The notes: generated by a model from the letters alone, not told the origin. 64,000 nucleotides of DNA from Minisyncoccia bacterium (GCA_038228545.1 JBBRPE010000003.1:442-64441); one strand, 5' to 3'; positions 11,622 through 20,434 are shown, numbered from the stretch's first letter. Numbers and translations are program-made.

Positions 11622-12446
11622 CTAATGAGCTTCGTGCGGATCCATGACGCTTAATTTGATGAAGAACATCGTGAGCATCGCGAACACCAGGGCCTGAATA
11701 GCTCCAATAAACATCTCAAAGCCTATGAGCGGTACCGGCAAGAGATACGGCAGGAAGTACCCGGCAACGAGAATCATGACTTCCCCAGCAAATATGTTGC
11801 CGAAGAGACGAAACGAGAACGAGACGAGGCGGCCCAGATTCGAGACAATCTCGATGATGCCCACCGCGAAGCCGACCGGTGAACTAAGATTAACAAAGCG
11901 GCCGGCGTACTTCAATCCACCGAGCACGGCGAGACCGGTTATCTCAATCGTGAAGAAGGAAATAAATGCGAGCGCGAGGGTAAAATTGAGATCAGCGGCA
12001 GGTGCACGAAGAAGCGGAGCAAACTCAGTTCCGTGGAAGAAACCAATAGAACCCACACCGGGAACAAATTCTAGTTCGTTTCCGACGAGCACAAAAAGAA
12101 AGATTGTTGCAATGAGCGGAAAGAAACTCGCAGTGAGTTTTTTGTCTCCAAATGTTTCTTCCACATAGGCGTACGCGCCTTCGAATATCCACTCGACAGC
12201 CGCTTGAAGTTTTCCAGGAATCATTTTGAGTGTTGAGCGAAACCAAAGGGCAAATCCGATGAGGAGCACCATCACGAGCCAGGTCATGATGAGTGAGTTA
12301 GTTATCGGAAATCCGAAAAGATGCCCAATGACCTCCGCCTTGAGTGATACATGTATGGGACTTTCTTTTACGACGGCTGTGGCAGTAGCCACCGCCTGGG
12401 TAGCGGTTGCCATCATCGTAGACGTCGAGACTAATTCGACGTTCAT
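11622..12446 (-). CDS. atpB: Fo ATP synthase subunit a
   Basis: Polytopic membrane protein with the conserved Arg-containing helix (LVSFSFRLFGNIFAGEV). Start placed at the internal Met (MNVELVS...) of ORF 11622..12500. The upstream Met at 12500 is the alternative. Confidence 0.88.
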   Translation of the reverse strand: MNVELVSTSTMMATATQAVATATAVVKESPIHVSLKAEVIGHLFGFPITNSLIMTWLVMVLLIGFALWFRSTLKMIPGKLQAAVEWIFEGAYAYVEETFGDKKLTASFFPLIATIFLFVLVGNELEFVPGVGSIGFFHGTEFAPLLRAPAADLNFTLALAFISFFTIEITGLAVLGGLKYAGRFVNLSSPVGFAVGIIEIVSNLGRLVSFSFRLFGNIFAGEVMILVAGYFLPYLLPVPLIGFEMFIGAIQALVFAMLTMFFIKLSVMDPHEAH

Positions 12447-12569
12447 ACGTAAAAAAGACCCGTCTGGGCCGATACCCCTGTCATAGGGCCATTCTAGCAA
12501 ACAGACGCCTATCTACAAAGGATAGCGGCGTACTTTGACGGGTGAACCTAAAAATGGTAGATTTATGGT

Positions 12570-12770
12570 ATGAAAACCGGCAAGATTGTTGAGATCGGTG
12601 AACGCCTTTCAGGCACTATTAAACTCGTCGGTGAGAAAGAGACTCTTTTTTTCCACTCCGATGCACTTGAGGGCGTAACGTTCGGAGAATTGAAGCCAGG
12701 AGATAAGGTTTGCTTTACCGTTACGGAGAGTAAGAAGGGCTCCTACGCGGAAAACGTCCGTCGCGCATAA
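12570..12770 (+). CDS. csp: Cold-shock protein (CspA family)
   Basis: 66 aa, KGTIKL..EK.TLFFHSDALEG..F..L..GDKVCFTV..SKKG..AENV, i.e. RNP1/RNP2-like cold-shock domain motifs. Confidence 0.9.
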   Translation: MKTGKIVEIGERLSGTIKLVGEKETLFFHSDALEGVTFGELKPGDKVCFTVTESKKGSYAENVRRA

Positions 12771-12810
12771 CAAAAGCTTGACCGGCGCCACAGACGCCGG
12801 TCTTTGCTAT

Positions 12811-13134
12811 TTATCGCTTACGCGGCTTATCTAGCTTGGCGATACGACGCATCTCTGCCTTCACAGAGGCCGGGGCACTTTCCTCAATGCAATCCGTATC
12901 GTACAGGGGCCGGTAGGAAATGTTGTTGAGCATTTTCCACACTGTTCGCTCAACATCCGAGAGCTCGATTCGATGGAGCTTCACCAGCAGCATTTGCTGA
13001 CGCACGATAAGGTAGTACGTTCCTGGAACAAGGCCGTCTCTCCTCTGTTTATTTGTGAGACGAATACGTTCTCCTTTGTGATTGAAAAGCCAGAAGACTT
13101 CCCCAATCCGTCCGTTGAGTTGAAGAGTTGCCAT
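12811..13134 (-). CDS. Hypothetical protein
   Basis: 107-aa ORF, basic, no motif recognised. Confidence 0.4.
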   Translation of the reverse strand: MATLQLNGRIGEVFWLFNHKGERIRLTNKQRRDGLVPGTYYLIVRQQMLLVKLHRIELSDVERTVWKMLNNISYRPLYDTDCIEESAPASVKAEMRRIAKLDKPRKR

Positions 13135-13239
13135 TATCGTGCCCTTTCACGTCTGGACGAATACTACCGACGTGGATTGGTTTCAGCAAGAAACAGAACA
13201 AACTTCACGGGGACCATACTAGTACTAAGCTTTAGCATC

Positions 13240-13281
13240 ACTATCATCATCTTGTGACGACCGTCACAAGATGATGATAGT
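13240..13281. repeat. Near-perfect 20-bp inverted repeat (stem-loop)
   Basis: actatcatcatcttgtgacg AC cgtcacaagatgatgatagt, a 20-bp perfect stem with a minimal loop. Intergenic, between the two minus-strand genes 13357.. and ..13134. Confidence 0.75.
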
Positions 13282-13356
13282 CTTTGGTGGTCTAAATCTT
13301 ACGCAGTCTGAGTGGGCTTAGGTAAGCTAAAATGGCTTAGTAGTCTTAGACAGTCT

Positions 13357-13929
13357 CTAGTTGCCCTTCTTGAGAGCCTCGAGGTCACTAAGAAGTTTCT
13401 GGACATCGTTCGATAGCTGCTCGAGCAGTTCTTTTTCGTCACGCACTTTCTTTTCCGTACGATCCTTACGTTCTTTGCGTTCCTTCTTTTCCGTTACTTC
13501 TTTTTCTTTGACCTCCTGGGCCTCTTCCTTTTCTTCATCAGACATCTCTTCGACGTCTTCCTGAATTTCATCGATGTCCTCAGAGATTTCCTCGATGTCT
13601 TCCTGAATGTCTTCGACGTCTTCGCCAAGTTCCTCTACGTCTTCCTGAATTTCCTCGATATCTTCCTCGACTTCACGAAGCTGAGCGGTGTTGCGATTCA
13701 CTGTAATTTGAATGAAAAGCGCGAGATAAATAGCCTCAAGCGAGACTATCGTCGTAAGCACCAAGAGCATGTTCTGCCACTCTACGAGCCCAAATGCGGA
13801 CAAGGCGAACGACACGATAAAAAGTATCGTATGCACGAAGAGCGACGTAACGGAGCCAATGGCTTCAATCGCCCGCTCAATGATGGACTTGTTGAGTGGG
13901 GCTTTCATTAGTCGCACCCTAGCCCGCAA
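13357..13929 (-). CDS. DUF1003-like membrane protein with acidic tandem-repeat coiled-coil tail
   Basis: N-terminal 2-TM region (ILFIVSFALSAFGLVEW...LFIQITVNRN) typical of DUF1003. The C-terminus contains about seven 7-aa repeats, EDIEEIQ / EDVEELG. The underlying ~21-nt DNA repeats are visible at 13560-13690. Confidence 0.7.
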   Translation of the reverse strand: MRARVRLMKAPLNKSIIERAIEAIGSVTSLFVHTILFIVSFALSAFGLVEWQNMLLVLTTIVSLEAIYLALFIQITVNRNTAQLREVEEDIEEIQEDVEELGEDVEDIQEDIEEISEDIDEIQEDVEEMSDEEKEEAQEVKEKEVTEKKERKERKDRTEKKVRDEKELLEQLSNDVQKLLSDLEALKKGN

Positions 13930-14033
13930 GACTGCGTATGTCCACCCCGAGCGTAAAGCAAAGAGTGCATAAGGTCTTCCGTCGTATACGCAAATTGCAT
14001 TTCATAGCACTATTTTTTTGCTACAATTACGTA

Positions 14034-15107
14034 ATGCCGGGCCCAATCAATAGGACCCTTATGCCCCGCACCATGGGGCCATATAAAAAGAAGCCGAGCT
14101 CAAACTTCGGTGGTGCTTTGAAGACGTTTGCTCCGATAGTTGCAAGCACCCTCATACTTGCAGTTGCACTCTTTGCACTTCCCTCGATTCTCTCGATGGA
14201 CCTGAGGTCACAGGAAATTGCTGATGCAAACTCAAAGACGCCCTTTCCAATTTCTGTTGACCCTGCCCACAAGCTCATAACTGAGAGCCCGACCGCTGAT
14301 GCGCTCATAAATCCGGACGCAAATACTAAAGTCTCCGCTGCGGTAGAGCAGGCAGGCAACGTCTTGACCTGGCTTGCCTCTGCTATTGCTTCCTTGCCGC
14401 TTTACCAACAGCTAGCCGGAGCTGATGTGCAGTTCGTCACCATTCAGGCCGGATTTCGCCAGGAACAGGTAGCGTATGCCTTCGGTAGTGCACTTGATTG
14501 GAACGCCACCACGCGTCAAAAATTCCTTACTACGCTCAAATCAACGCCACCGACTCTCTCGGAAGGTGAGTTTGTGCCTGGTACCTATGAAGTCCACGGA
14601 GCCGCGTCGCCTACAGATGTGCAAAATCTTTTAAATGACCGCTTCACTGCAAAAATCCTCGATCGCTACAGCACATCGACCGCAGAGCGTGTCCCGCTGA
14701 ATGACGCACTTACCATTGCGTCATTAATCGAGCGCGAAACGGGCGGTACGGACGATATGCGTATGATTTCCGGGATTATTTGGAACCGTCTTTTTGTAAA
14801 TATGAATCTGCAGATTGACGCAACGCTTCAGTATGCGAAGTCTGCACAGACGAACACCAAATCCTGGTGGCCCGCTGTGCATCCTGCCGATAAGTACATA
14901 AAGTCGGCATACAACACCTACGCACATCCAGGTCTTCCGCCTACTCCTATTGCAAGTCCGTCAGTCGCCGCTGTTATAGCAGCTCTTAACCCGGCCCAGA
15001 CAGACTGCATCTTCTACTTCCACGATAAGTACGGAAACTTCCATTGCTCTAGCAACTACGCGCAACACGTAAAACTCCTAAAGAAATATTATGGGCAAGG
15101 TAAATAG
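14034..15107 (+). CDS. mltG: Endolytic murein transglycosylase MltG (YceG family)
   Basis: N-terminal TM, then LIERETGGTDDMRMISGIIWNRL, LQ.D.T..Y, the YceG signature. Start placed at the Met at 14034 (ORF begins 13938). Confidence 0.88.
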   Translation: MPGPINRTLMPRTMGPYKKKPSSNFGGALKTFAPIVASTLILAVALFALPSILSMDLRSQEIADANSKTPFPISVDPAHKLITESPTADALINPDANTKVSAAVEQAGNVLTWLASAIASLPLYQQLAGADVQFVTIQAGFRQEQVAYAFGSALDWNATTRQKFLTTLKSTPPTLSEGEFVPGTYEVHGAASPTDVQNLLNDRFTAKILDRYSTSTAERVPLNDALTIASLIERETGGTDDMRMISGIIWNRLFVNMNLQIDATLQYAKSAQTNTKSWWPAVHPADKYIKSAYNTYAHPGLPPTPIASPSVAAVIAALNPAQTDCIFYFHDKYGNFHCSSNYAQHVKLLKKYYGQGK

Positions 15108-15111
15108 ACGA

Positions 15112-15140
15112 GGCCCCGCACGAAGCGGGGCCTTTTTTTT
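15112..15140 (+). terminator. Rho-independent terminator
   Basis: ggccccgc-acgaa-gcggggcc followed by T8, immediately after the mltG stop. Confidence 0.85.
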
Positions 15141-15155
15141 ACGTGACGTCCGTCC

Positions 15156-15614
15156 CTAGCTTATGGCGAGCGGTACATCGCGGGGATGCATTATTCCGTT
15201 CAACCTATCCTGGTGTGCCCGTACCAGTCGCCGGCGCTGCAACGTCTCAGGCGGCAGAGCTGTCCAAATAAGCGGATGGAGCTCCATGCGGTAAATGCGA
15301 ATATGCTGACGTACCCCTACGTGCCGACTGTTGCGCTCGGCAGCTTTTACATATTCGAAGGAGTTTGCCGGACGAACGATGCCCAGCATCTGATGCAGAA
15401 GATCTGCCAGCATTTCCGGACAGTGTTCAGTATCCGCATTTGGGACACAGGGCAAGTAGAGATGGCTTTCTTCATGCGCCATGTCCATACTTGGTTTCTT
15501 ACTCACCAGCAGGAGCTCGAGCCCGCACACAATCCTCATAACACAAAGGATATTTGGGTGTGTTGTTGTAGTAACCACGGGCCTGTGGCGCGATTTAGCT
15601 AACGAATGTAGCAA
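15156..15614 (-). CDS. Hypothetical basic protein with HExxH motif (possible zinc metallopeptidase-like)
   Basis: MAHEESH (H-E-x-x-H) plus downstream His/Cys/Glu residues. Arg/His-rich, no family assigned. The + ORF 15186..15602 is treated as its shadow. Confidence 0.4.
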   Translation of the reverse strand: MLHSLAKSRHRPVVTTTTHPNILCVMRIVCGLELLLVSKKPSMDMAHEESHLYLPCVPNADTEHCPEMLADLLHQMLGIVRPANSFEYVKAAERNSRHVGVRQHIRIYRMELHPLIWTALPPETLQRRRLVRAHQDRLNGIMHPRDVPLAIS

Positions 15615-15693
15615 TGGGTTTCCCTCCCCAAAGAACGACCGACATATACACGGTCAGCCCTTCTTATAGCACGCTTTGCGGAAACGATAGAAA

Positions 15694-16101
15694 TTACATC
15701 TTGAACACCTTGGTGGCGATGATGTAGGTGAGGCCCGATGTCACAGCGGAAATAATCACACCCCACGCAATGTCGACGAACGTTAATAGAAGTGGCCAGT
15801 TCTTAAATGCAGCGAGGTTCGTGAGGTCATACAGCATATAAGAAATAAAGCCGAGCATGGCTGCCCAAAGTACTGCCTTTGAGAAGGAACGCTCTGCGAG
15901 CGCAGGTTTGAGCGCGAAGAAAATAAGACCAATCACGTAGAAGACGTAAAACGCTCCCGCAGCAAGGAAGTTAGGGTGATCAGTCAGGAATGGGGCAAGC
16001 CCTGTTTTATAGAAACTACTCGCTATCACTCCTATCCAACTGGCGTCGAGCGCAATCATTATGGGGAGCGCGAGGCAGAAGAGTTTTAGGTACGTACGCA
16101 T
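15694..16101 (-). CDS. DUF2177-like integral membrane protein
   Basis: 135 aa with 4 TM helices. The recalled DUF2177 pattern is FL.AGAFYV.YV.GL..FAL. Confidence 0.65.
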   Translation of the reverse strand: MRTYLKLFCLALPIMIALDASWIGVIASSFYKTGLAPFLTDHPNFLAAGAFYVFYVIGLIFFALKPALAERSFSKAVLWAAMLGFISYMLYDLTNLAAFKNWPLLLTFVDIAWGVIISAVTSGLTYIIATKVFKM

Positions 16102-16103
16102 AC

Positions 16104-16577
16104 TTATGGATTAAGGAGAATAATGCCCAGATTAAGCGAAGTGGCGTACGTCACCCAGAGCAAATACGGGATGAGCAAATACGCCGCCGTGCGAGAGTAC
16201 TTCCAGAAGAGAATCATCAGTATGACGATAAGCACCCAGAGTGATTTGATAATCATAAGCGCCGCAAGTGCATCGTGGAGGCCGAAGAACACGACAGACC
16301 ACGCTGTGTTTACTATCAGGTGTGCGAAGAAGATACCGAGAGCAAATTTCTTTCCGGGTTTACTCGACTTCCATACCAGCCCTGCACTGATTCCCATAAG
16401 CACGTAGAGTGTTGTCCATACCGGACCAAATACCCAATTAGGCGGCGTCCACGATGGCTGCACGAGTGATGCGTACCAAGTTGTAATGCTTGGCAATGTG
16501 TATATAGAGCCGATGCCGCCTGCCGCAAGTGCGAGGACGATACATAGTGCGAACGGCCCCCACGCGCGGTAGTTCAT
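16104..16577 (-). CDS. tspO: TspO/MBR tryptophan-rich sensory protein
   Basis: 157 aa, 5 TM, Trp-rich (WYASL.QPSWTPPNWVFGPVWTTLY), the TspO signature. Confidence 0.85.
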   Translation of the reverse strand: MNYRAWGPFALCIVLALAAGGIGSIYTLPSITTWYASLVQPSWTPPNWVFGPVWTTLYVLMGISAGLVWKSSKPGKKFALGIFFAHLIVNTAWSVVFFGLHDALAALMIIKSLWVLIVILMILFWKYSRTAAYLLIPYLLWVTYATSLNLGIILLNP

Positions 16578-16667
16578 GCTTATAGTTTACCCTATCCCTA
16601 CATAGGCACTTCTGCCCCTGGAGTACTGTGAAATGTGGTATAATGAACTTCTAACTAACAATGAACT

Positions 16668-16913
16668 ATGCCTAACGCAGCCTTTGCAAAACCAATGAAG
16701 CTCTCTCCGGAACTGGAGGCAGTGGTGGGTGCTGGTCCGCTCCCTCGCTCGGAAGTTACCAAGAAGCTCTGGGAATACATCAAGAAGCACGACCTTCAGA
16801 ACCCAGCTAACAAGCGCAACATCCTCGCGGATGACTTGCTTAAGGCTTTGTTCAAGAAGGATGAAGTGACCATGTTCGAGATGACGAAAATCGTCTCTCC
16901 GCACATGTCATAA
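16668..16913 (+). CDS. SWIB/MDM2 domain protein
   Basis: KLSPELEAVVGAGPLPRSEVTKKLWEYIKKHDLQNPANKRNILADDLLKALF, the SWIB domain consensus. Confidence 0.85.
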   Translation: MPNAAFAKPMKLSPELEAVVGAGPLPRSEVTKKLWEYIKKHDLQNPANKRNILADDLLKALFKKDEVTMFEMTKIVSPHMS

Positions 16914-16930
16914 GGGGTCCTTCGGGACAA

Positions 16931-16966
16931 AGCTAAAACCGCCTGTGAGGGCGGTTTTAGCTTTTA
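16931..16966 (+). terminator. Rho-independent terminator
   Basis: 13-bp stem agctaaaaccgcc/ggcggttttagct followed by TTTT, just after the SWIB gene. Confidence 0.8.
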
Positions 16967-17031
16967 GAAATTACGTCTCTCATTACTTGAATTTACTGAG
17001 TGCCGATGTTGCTTTAATGTCCAACGGCAAG

Positions 17032-17580
17032 TCAGGACGGATAGAAAATGCCGATGAAAGATAGGACTATTAATGCTAGCCCAACGAGCATTAATACTAT
17101 ATCCCACACAAAGAATTTCTTCTGCGGAACGTACGAAGAATCGATGTGTTTGTTGTATCGATTGCATATGCTCTGCATTTTTACAATAGAAACTACAGAG
17201 AGAAAACTTATAAGCCAGAGGAGGTTTGCAATTCCTTTCGTTGCCGGCGTCGTGCTTTGCATTCGGGCTGAGATACTGCCGATGAAAGTTAGGGCAATCC
17301 ACAGACCCGACCATACATCCACATATGACTTTGGACTTTGAGTGAGTGCGTCTGTCTTTTCGGCAATAGTTTTAAACAGTGCTGATACATAAAAATAAGC
17401 GAAAAAAGCACGCCAGAAAGGCTTAATTTCTAGATTGTCCATTTCGGCGACAATCTTCCAATTCCGGTACTGCCAGTACAATTCGTAAAAGCCAAGCGTT
17501 AATATTCCCAGAACAATTATTTTAGTATTGGATACAGAAAAAAATTCTTGCTTCTTAGCTTGCGAGCTGGATACTTCCAT
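17032..17580 (-). CDS. Hypothetical membrane protein (DUF4234-like)
   Basis: 182 aa with 4 TM helices, YELYWQYRNW motif. Confidence 0.55.
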   Translation of the reverse strand: MEVSSSQAKKQEFFSVSNTKIIVLGILTLGFYELYWQYRNWKIVAEMDNLEIKPFWRAFFAYFYVSALFKTIAEKTDALTQSPKSYVDVWSGLWIALTFIGSISARMQSTTPATKGIANLLWLISFLSVVSIVKMQSICNRYNKHIDSSYVPQKKFFVWDIVLMLVGLALIVLSFIGIFYPS

Positions 17581-17865
17581 TTATTCATAAGAACATACGT
17601 ATGAATAATCGGAAAGTGGGAGGAGTGGGAAACGCTTTATATCTGGGACTTTGTTTCGGTTATATATCGGACTGCGATTACGCTTTCGGTCACAAATAAT
17701 TCCCTGCAGGAATTTCCGCGACCCCGACTCGGCCACTGGCTCCATACTTCGAATTCTTACAGGACCGTGATTACACTTTCGGTCAAGCGCTCATTCGTCG
17801 CCGTCGCTCCTCATTCCGCCTGACCACGATTTCGCGACCAGCCGTGCTCGGCAGGTGCCCGCGAA

Positions 17866-17960
17866 ATCCTTCGAATCCTGTACGGTACGCACAAAATATA
17901 AGAAAACCCTGCTCACGCAGGGATTTCGTTATTTTGTGGACCGTACAAGATTCTCGACTT
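17866..17960. repeat. Palindromic tRNA-Ala-derived unit A: inverted degenerate copies of the tRNA-Ala 3' half flanking a GC hairpin
   Basis: The plus-sense fragment cttcgaatcctgtacggtacgcac (17868-17891) matches the tRNA-Ala T-arm and acceptor 3' strand. The central hairpin is ccctgc-tcac-gcaggg with A/T runs. The minus-sense fragment tggaccgtacaagattc (17937-17953) matches the same tRNA segment. Confidence 0.7.
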
Positions 17961-18008
17961 ACAGTCGCTGTCCACTCGTTGGATTTTGCTCGATGACTCA
18001 CAAAACGC

Positions 18009-18088
18009 TCAACGAGTTTCTTCGAATCCTGACGCAAGCTCCGCTTGCTTACGGTCCACGACAAAAGCCCCTTGCGGGGCTTTATGTG
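18009..18088. repeat. Palindromic tRNA-Ala-derived unit B (second tandem copy, fused to the functional tRNA-Ala gene)
   Basis: The plus-sense fragment ttcgaatcctg[acgcaagctccgcttgct]tacggtccacg carries an inserted 6-bp hairpin. It is followed by the gcccc-ttgc-ggggc hairpin and then the genuine tRNA-Ala 3' end in the opposite orientation. Same architecture as unit A. Confidence 0.7.
18061..18082 (-). terminator. Rho-independent terminator of tRNA-Ala
   Basis: On the minus strand: GCCCC-GCAA-GGGGC UUUUGU, directly 3' of the tRNA. Confidence 0.7.
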
Positions 18089-18161
18089 TGGACCGTACAG
18101 GATTCGAACCTGCGACATCTTCATTGCAAATGAAGCGCTCTACCAACTGAGCTAACGGCCC
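18089..18161 (-). tRNA. tRNA-Ala (anticodon UGC)
   Basis: Minus-strand sequence GGGCCGUUAGCUCAGUUGGUAGAGCGCUUCAUUUGCAAUGAAGAUGUCGCAGGUUCGAAUCCUGUACGGUCCA. Full cloverleaf, G3:U70 identity pair, A73, T-loop UUCGAAU. CCA is not encoded. Confidence 0.93.
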
Positions 18162-18211
18162 ATTTATTGAACTTCAGTACTATAGCACAACGGTAATATT
18201 TGGAGCAACGG

Positions 18212-18628
18212 CTATTTGAAAGCCTGTACCAGAGCCGCATAAGTACCTGGATCGAGCGTCGTTTCAGGAGTGGTACGTAATTCTTCCACCTCGTCCTTGG
18301 ATACCCAACGATACTCCTTGTGTTCGCTACTAATTTCGACATCAAATGTCTTGGTGATTATCGAGTAAAAAAGCAGAATCAGACCTTTACCCTCGGGATT
18401 TCTACCCAGTCGAAACGCATGAAGAAGACCTCCCACCTCGAACACATGGAGTGATGGAAGTTCTTCGGCAATCTCTCTACGGAGAGTTATTTCAATGGAC
18501 TCGTCATCATCTATACGTCCTCCTGGCACATCCCAGAACGCGCGCTCCGCCTCTACTTTGCGCAACACCAGAACTTTGTCGTCTACACGCACGATGCCTT
18601 TAATACCGACACGAAAGTCCATTTTCAT
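18212..18628 (-). CDS. NUDIX hydrolase
   Basis: Nudix box GGRIDDDESIEITLRREIAEELP (G-x5-E-x7-REUxEExGU). Confidence 0.85.
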   Translation of the reverse strand: MKMDFRVGIKGIVRVDDKVLVLRKVEAERAFWDVPGGRIDDDESIEITLRREIAEELPSLHVFEVGGLLHAFRLGRNPEGKGLILLFYSIITKTFDVEISSEHKEYRWVSKDEVEELRTTPETTLDPGTYAALVQAFK

Positions 18629-18954
18629 ATCAAATCAATTCTGGCGGCAAGAATAAAATCATTTTCCGATAACCCTTTTACGCTGTGGGTAGTAAGGCTG
18701 ACCCTTACCTTTCCCCATCCAAGCTTAATATCCGGATGATGGCCCTGCTCCTCGGCTTCTGCACCTACCTTATTGGTAAACGCGAGTGCTTCTTTGAAAT
18801 CCGGGAAGCGGTAGATGCGATGTATCTCTGTTGAGTCGTCGTTTATGCTCCAAAGCGGAACATGGCCCATGAAGTCCTTCGCTTGCTCAGGTGTGAGCGC
18901 AGGAAAGTCTTCATCTTCGCAGGGCACGCAGTGTTTGGAAGCAAGATCAGACAT
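18625..18954 (-). CDS. phhB: Pterin-4a-carbinolamine dehydratase (PCD/DCoH)
   Basis: EEQGHHPDIKLGWGKVRVSLTTH, the PCD active-site motif (E-x-x-HHP-x-h), 109 aa. Confidence 0.85.
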   Translation of the reverse strand: MSDLASKHCVPCEDEDFPALTPEQAKDFMGHVPLWSINDDSTEIHRIYRFPDFKEALAFTNKVGAEAEEQGHHPDIKLGWGKVRVSLTTHSVKGLSENDFILAARIDLI

Positions 18955-18956
18955 AC

Positions 18957-19958
18957 TTAGATACTGACACGGTCAAGCGACAGCTCAACCAGATGTGAAA
19001 GGAAATCTGGGAACTTTACGCCGACCGCCGCGAGCGACTTCGGCAGAAGCGATTCACTTGTCATGCCCGGAAGCGTATTAGTCTCGAGGAAATAGATACC
19101 CTTCGGCGAAACGATGAAGTCGCTACGTGAATAGTGACGAAGTCCGAGTACTTGATGCATAAGCTTTGCTTGTCGCATCAGTTCGTCATTCACTACTTTA
19201 CTAAAGCGTCCGGGGACAATTTCCTGTGTACTTCCGTCATACTTCACTGCCCTGTCGAAAAATGAAGCGTGCGGTGGCGGAATGATTTCTATCGGTGGAA
19301 GCATGTAGATATCCTCACCTCGCATACGCTCCACTACACCCGCAGTAGCTTCTGTGCCCCGTATTACTTCTTCGATGAGTACACCGCCATACTGCATGAG
19401 ATTCTCAATCGCTTGATACACAGGCGCGTAACCACCGACTATGGATATACCGACAGAGGAGCCCAGTGCTACTGGCTTTACGATAACGGGCTGATGAAAA
19501 TTTCGAGTGATATGCGCGGCGGCGGCTTCTATATCCGCGCCTTCGTCTACGAAATAGTATTTCGGCGTGAGTAGACCCGCTTCCATCGCCTTTTCCTTCG
19601 TAAGCACCTTATGCATTGCTACTGCCGACGCAAATGAGTCAGAGCCCGTGTAGGGCACGCCATATCGCTCTAAAAGCTTCTGTACGCCGCCGTCTTCTCC
19701 GTATTCACCATGGAGACCGATAATGACTGAATCGAGCGATGGGAGCACGCGTTCAGGGGAGGTGGGGACACCTCGTTCGTGCCACGTTCCCTGCTTATCT
19801 ATGTACAAATCGCGTGCGGTGTACCGGTCTTCGGGCAAGTGCGAAAGTATTGAATGACCAGTCTTAAGCGAGACATCATGTTCGCTTGAAGGACCACCCC
19901 GTAACACTCCGACAACTGTGCCTCTCATGTGCTGAATTATACCAGCATGAAGCGGCAA
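18957..19958 (-). CDS. ddl: D-alanine--D-alanine ligase
   Basis: VLRGGPSSEHDVSL...IIGLHGEYGEDGGVQKLLE...VKPV.LGSSVGISIV...FLETNTLPGMT, the ATP-grasp Ddl signatures. Confidence 0.93.
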   Translation of the reverse strand: MPLHAGIIQHMRGTVVGVLRGGPSSEHDVSLKTGHSILSHLPEDRYTARDLYIDKQGTWHERGVPTSPERVLPSLDSVIIGLHGEYGEDGGVQKLLERYGVPYTGSDSFASAVAMHKVLTKEKAMEAGLLTPKYYFVDEGADIEAAAAHITRNFHQPVIVKPVALGSSVGISIVGGYAPVYQAIENLMQYGGVLIEEVIRGTEATAGVVERMRGEDIYMLPPIEIIPPPHASFFDRAVKYDGSTQEIVPGRFSKVVNDELMRQAKLMHQVLGLRHYSRSDFIVSPKGIYFLETNTLPGMTSESLLPKSLAAVGVKFPDFLSHLVELSLDRVSI

Positions 19959-20097
19959 AGGGAGTGATGAGTGTAGCTAGTGCAACCGTTGGTGGGAACT
20001 ATGAGCAAACTACCTTCTTTTGAATTTGATAATCGGTTGGGCCCAGATAACGTTTCAGCCACCCCCGGATTGGAGTGGCTGTTTTTGGATGATTTCC

Positions 20098-20373
20098 TTA
20101 GTCCGTACAAACGACAGCCATGAACTCGTCGTCTGTCATCGCGAGATAGGCATGGGTGGTATCGAGCGTTTCCAGTTTACGCATGAAGACCCCGATGGCC
20201 TGTGTACGTTTTTTCCCCTGGAATTCGTTCGGATATCGACAGACCGTAGCGCTGAACCAGTCTACGAGGTCAGATACGGATAGCGGAACGTCGTGCGGCT
20301 CGCCCACCATGAACTCCAGGTTCGTCGATACTTCGAGCGTAGTTTTACGTTGCTGGTGCTCGTAACTAGTCAC
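20098..20373 (-). CDS. Hypothetical protein
   Basis: 91-aa ORF in the ddl–uvrC spacer. Coding status uncertain. Confidence 0.3.
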   Translation of the reverse strand: MTSYEHQQRKTTLEVSTNLEFMVGEPHDVPLSVSDLVDWFSATVCRYPNEFQGKKRTQAIGVFMRKLETLDTTHAYLAMTDDEFMAVVCTD

Positions 20374-20434
20374 GATACTTTCTCCCTCAAGAACAGATTA
20401 CGGCTAGATAACCACGCTATACGCGTGAATGCAA

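Noticed and set aside
15186-15602. Track ORF 15186..15602 (+), 138 aa
   Set aside because: It overlaps the minus-strand HExxH ORF and its product is Cys/His-rich with no motif. The mltG terminator at 15112-15140 suggests + transcription stops before it.
17783-18124. Track ORF 17783..18124 (-), 113 aa
   Set aside because: It overlaps the tRNA-Ala gene, its terminator and the tRNA-derived repeat units, and is Arg-rich low-complexity, so it is treated as non-coding.
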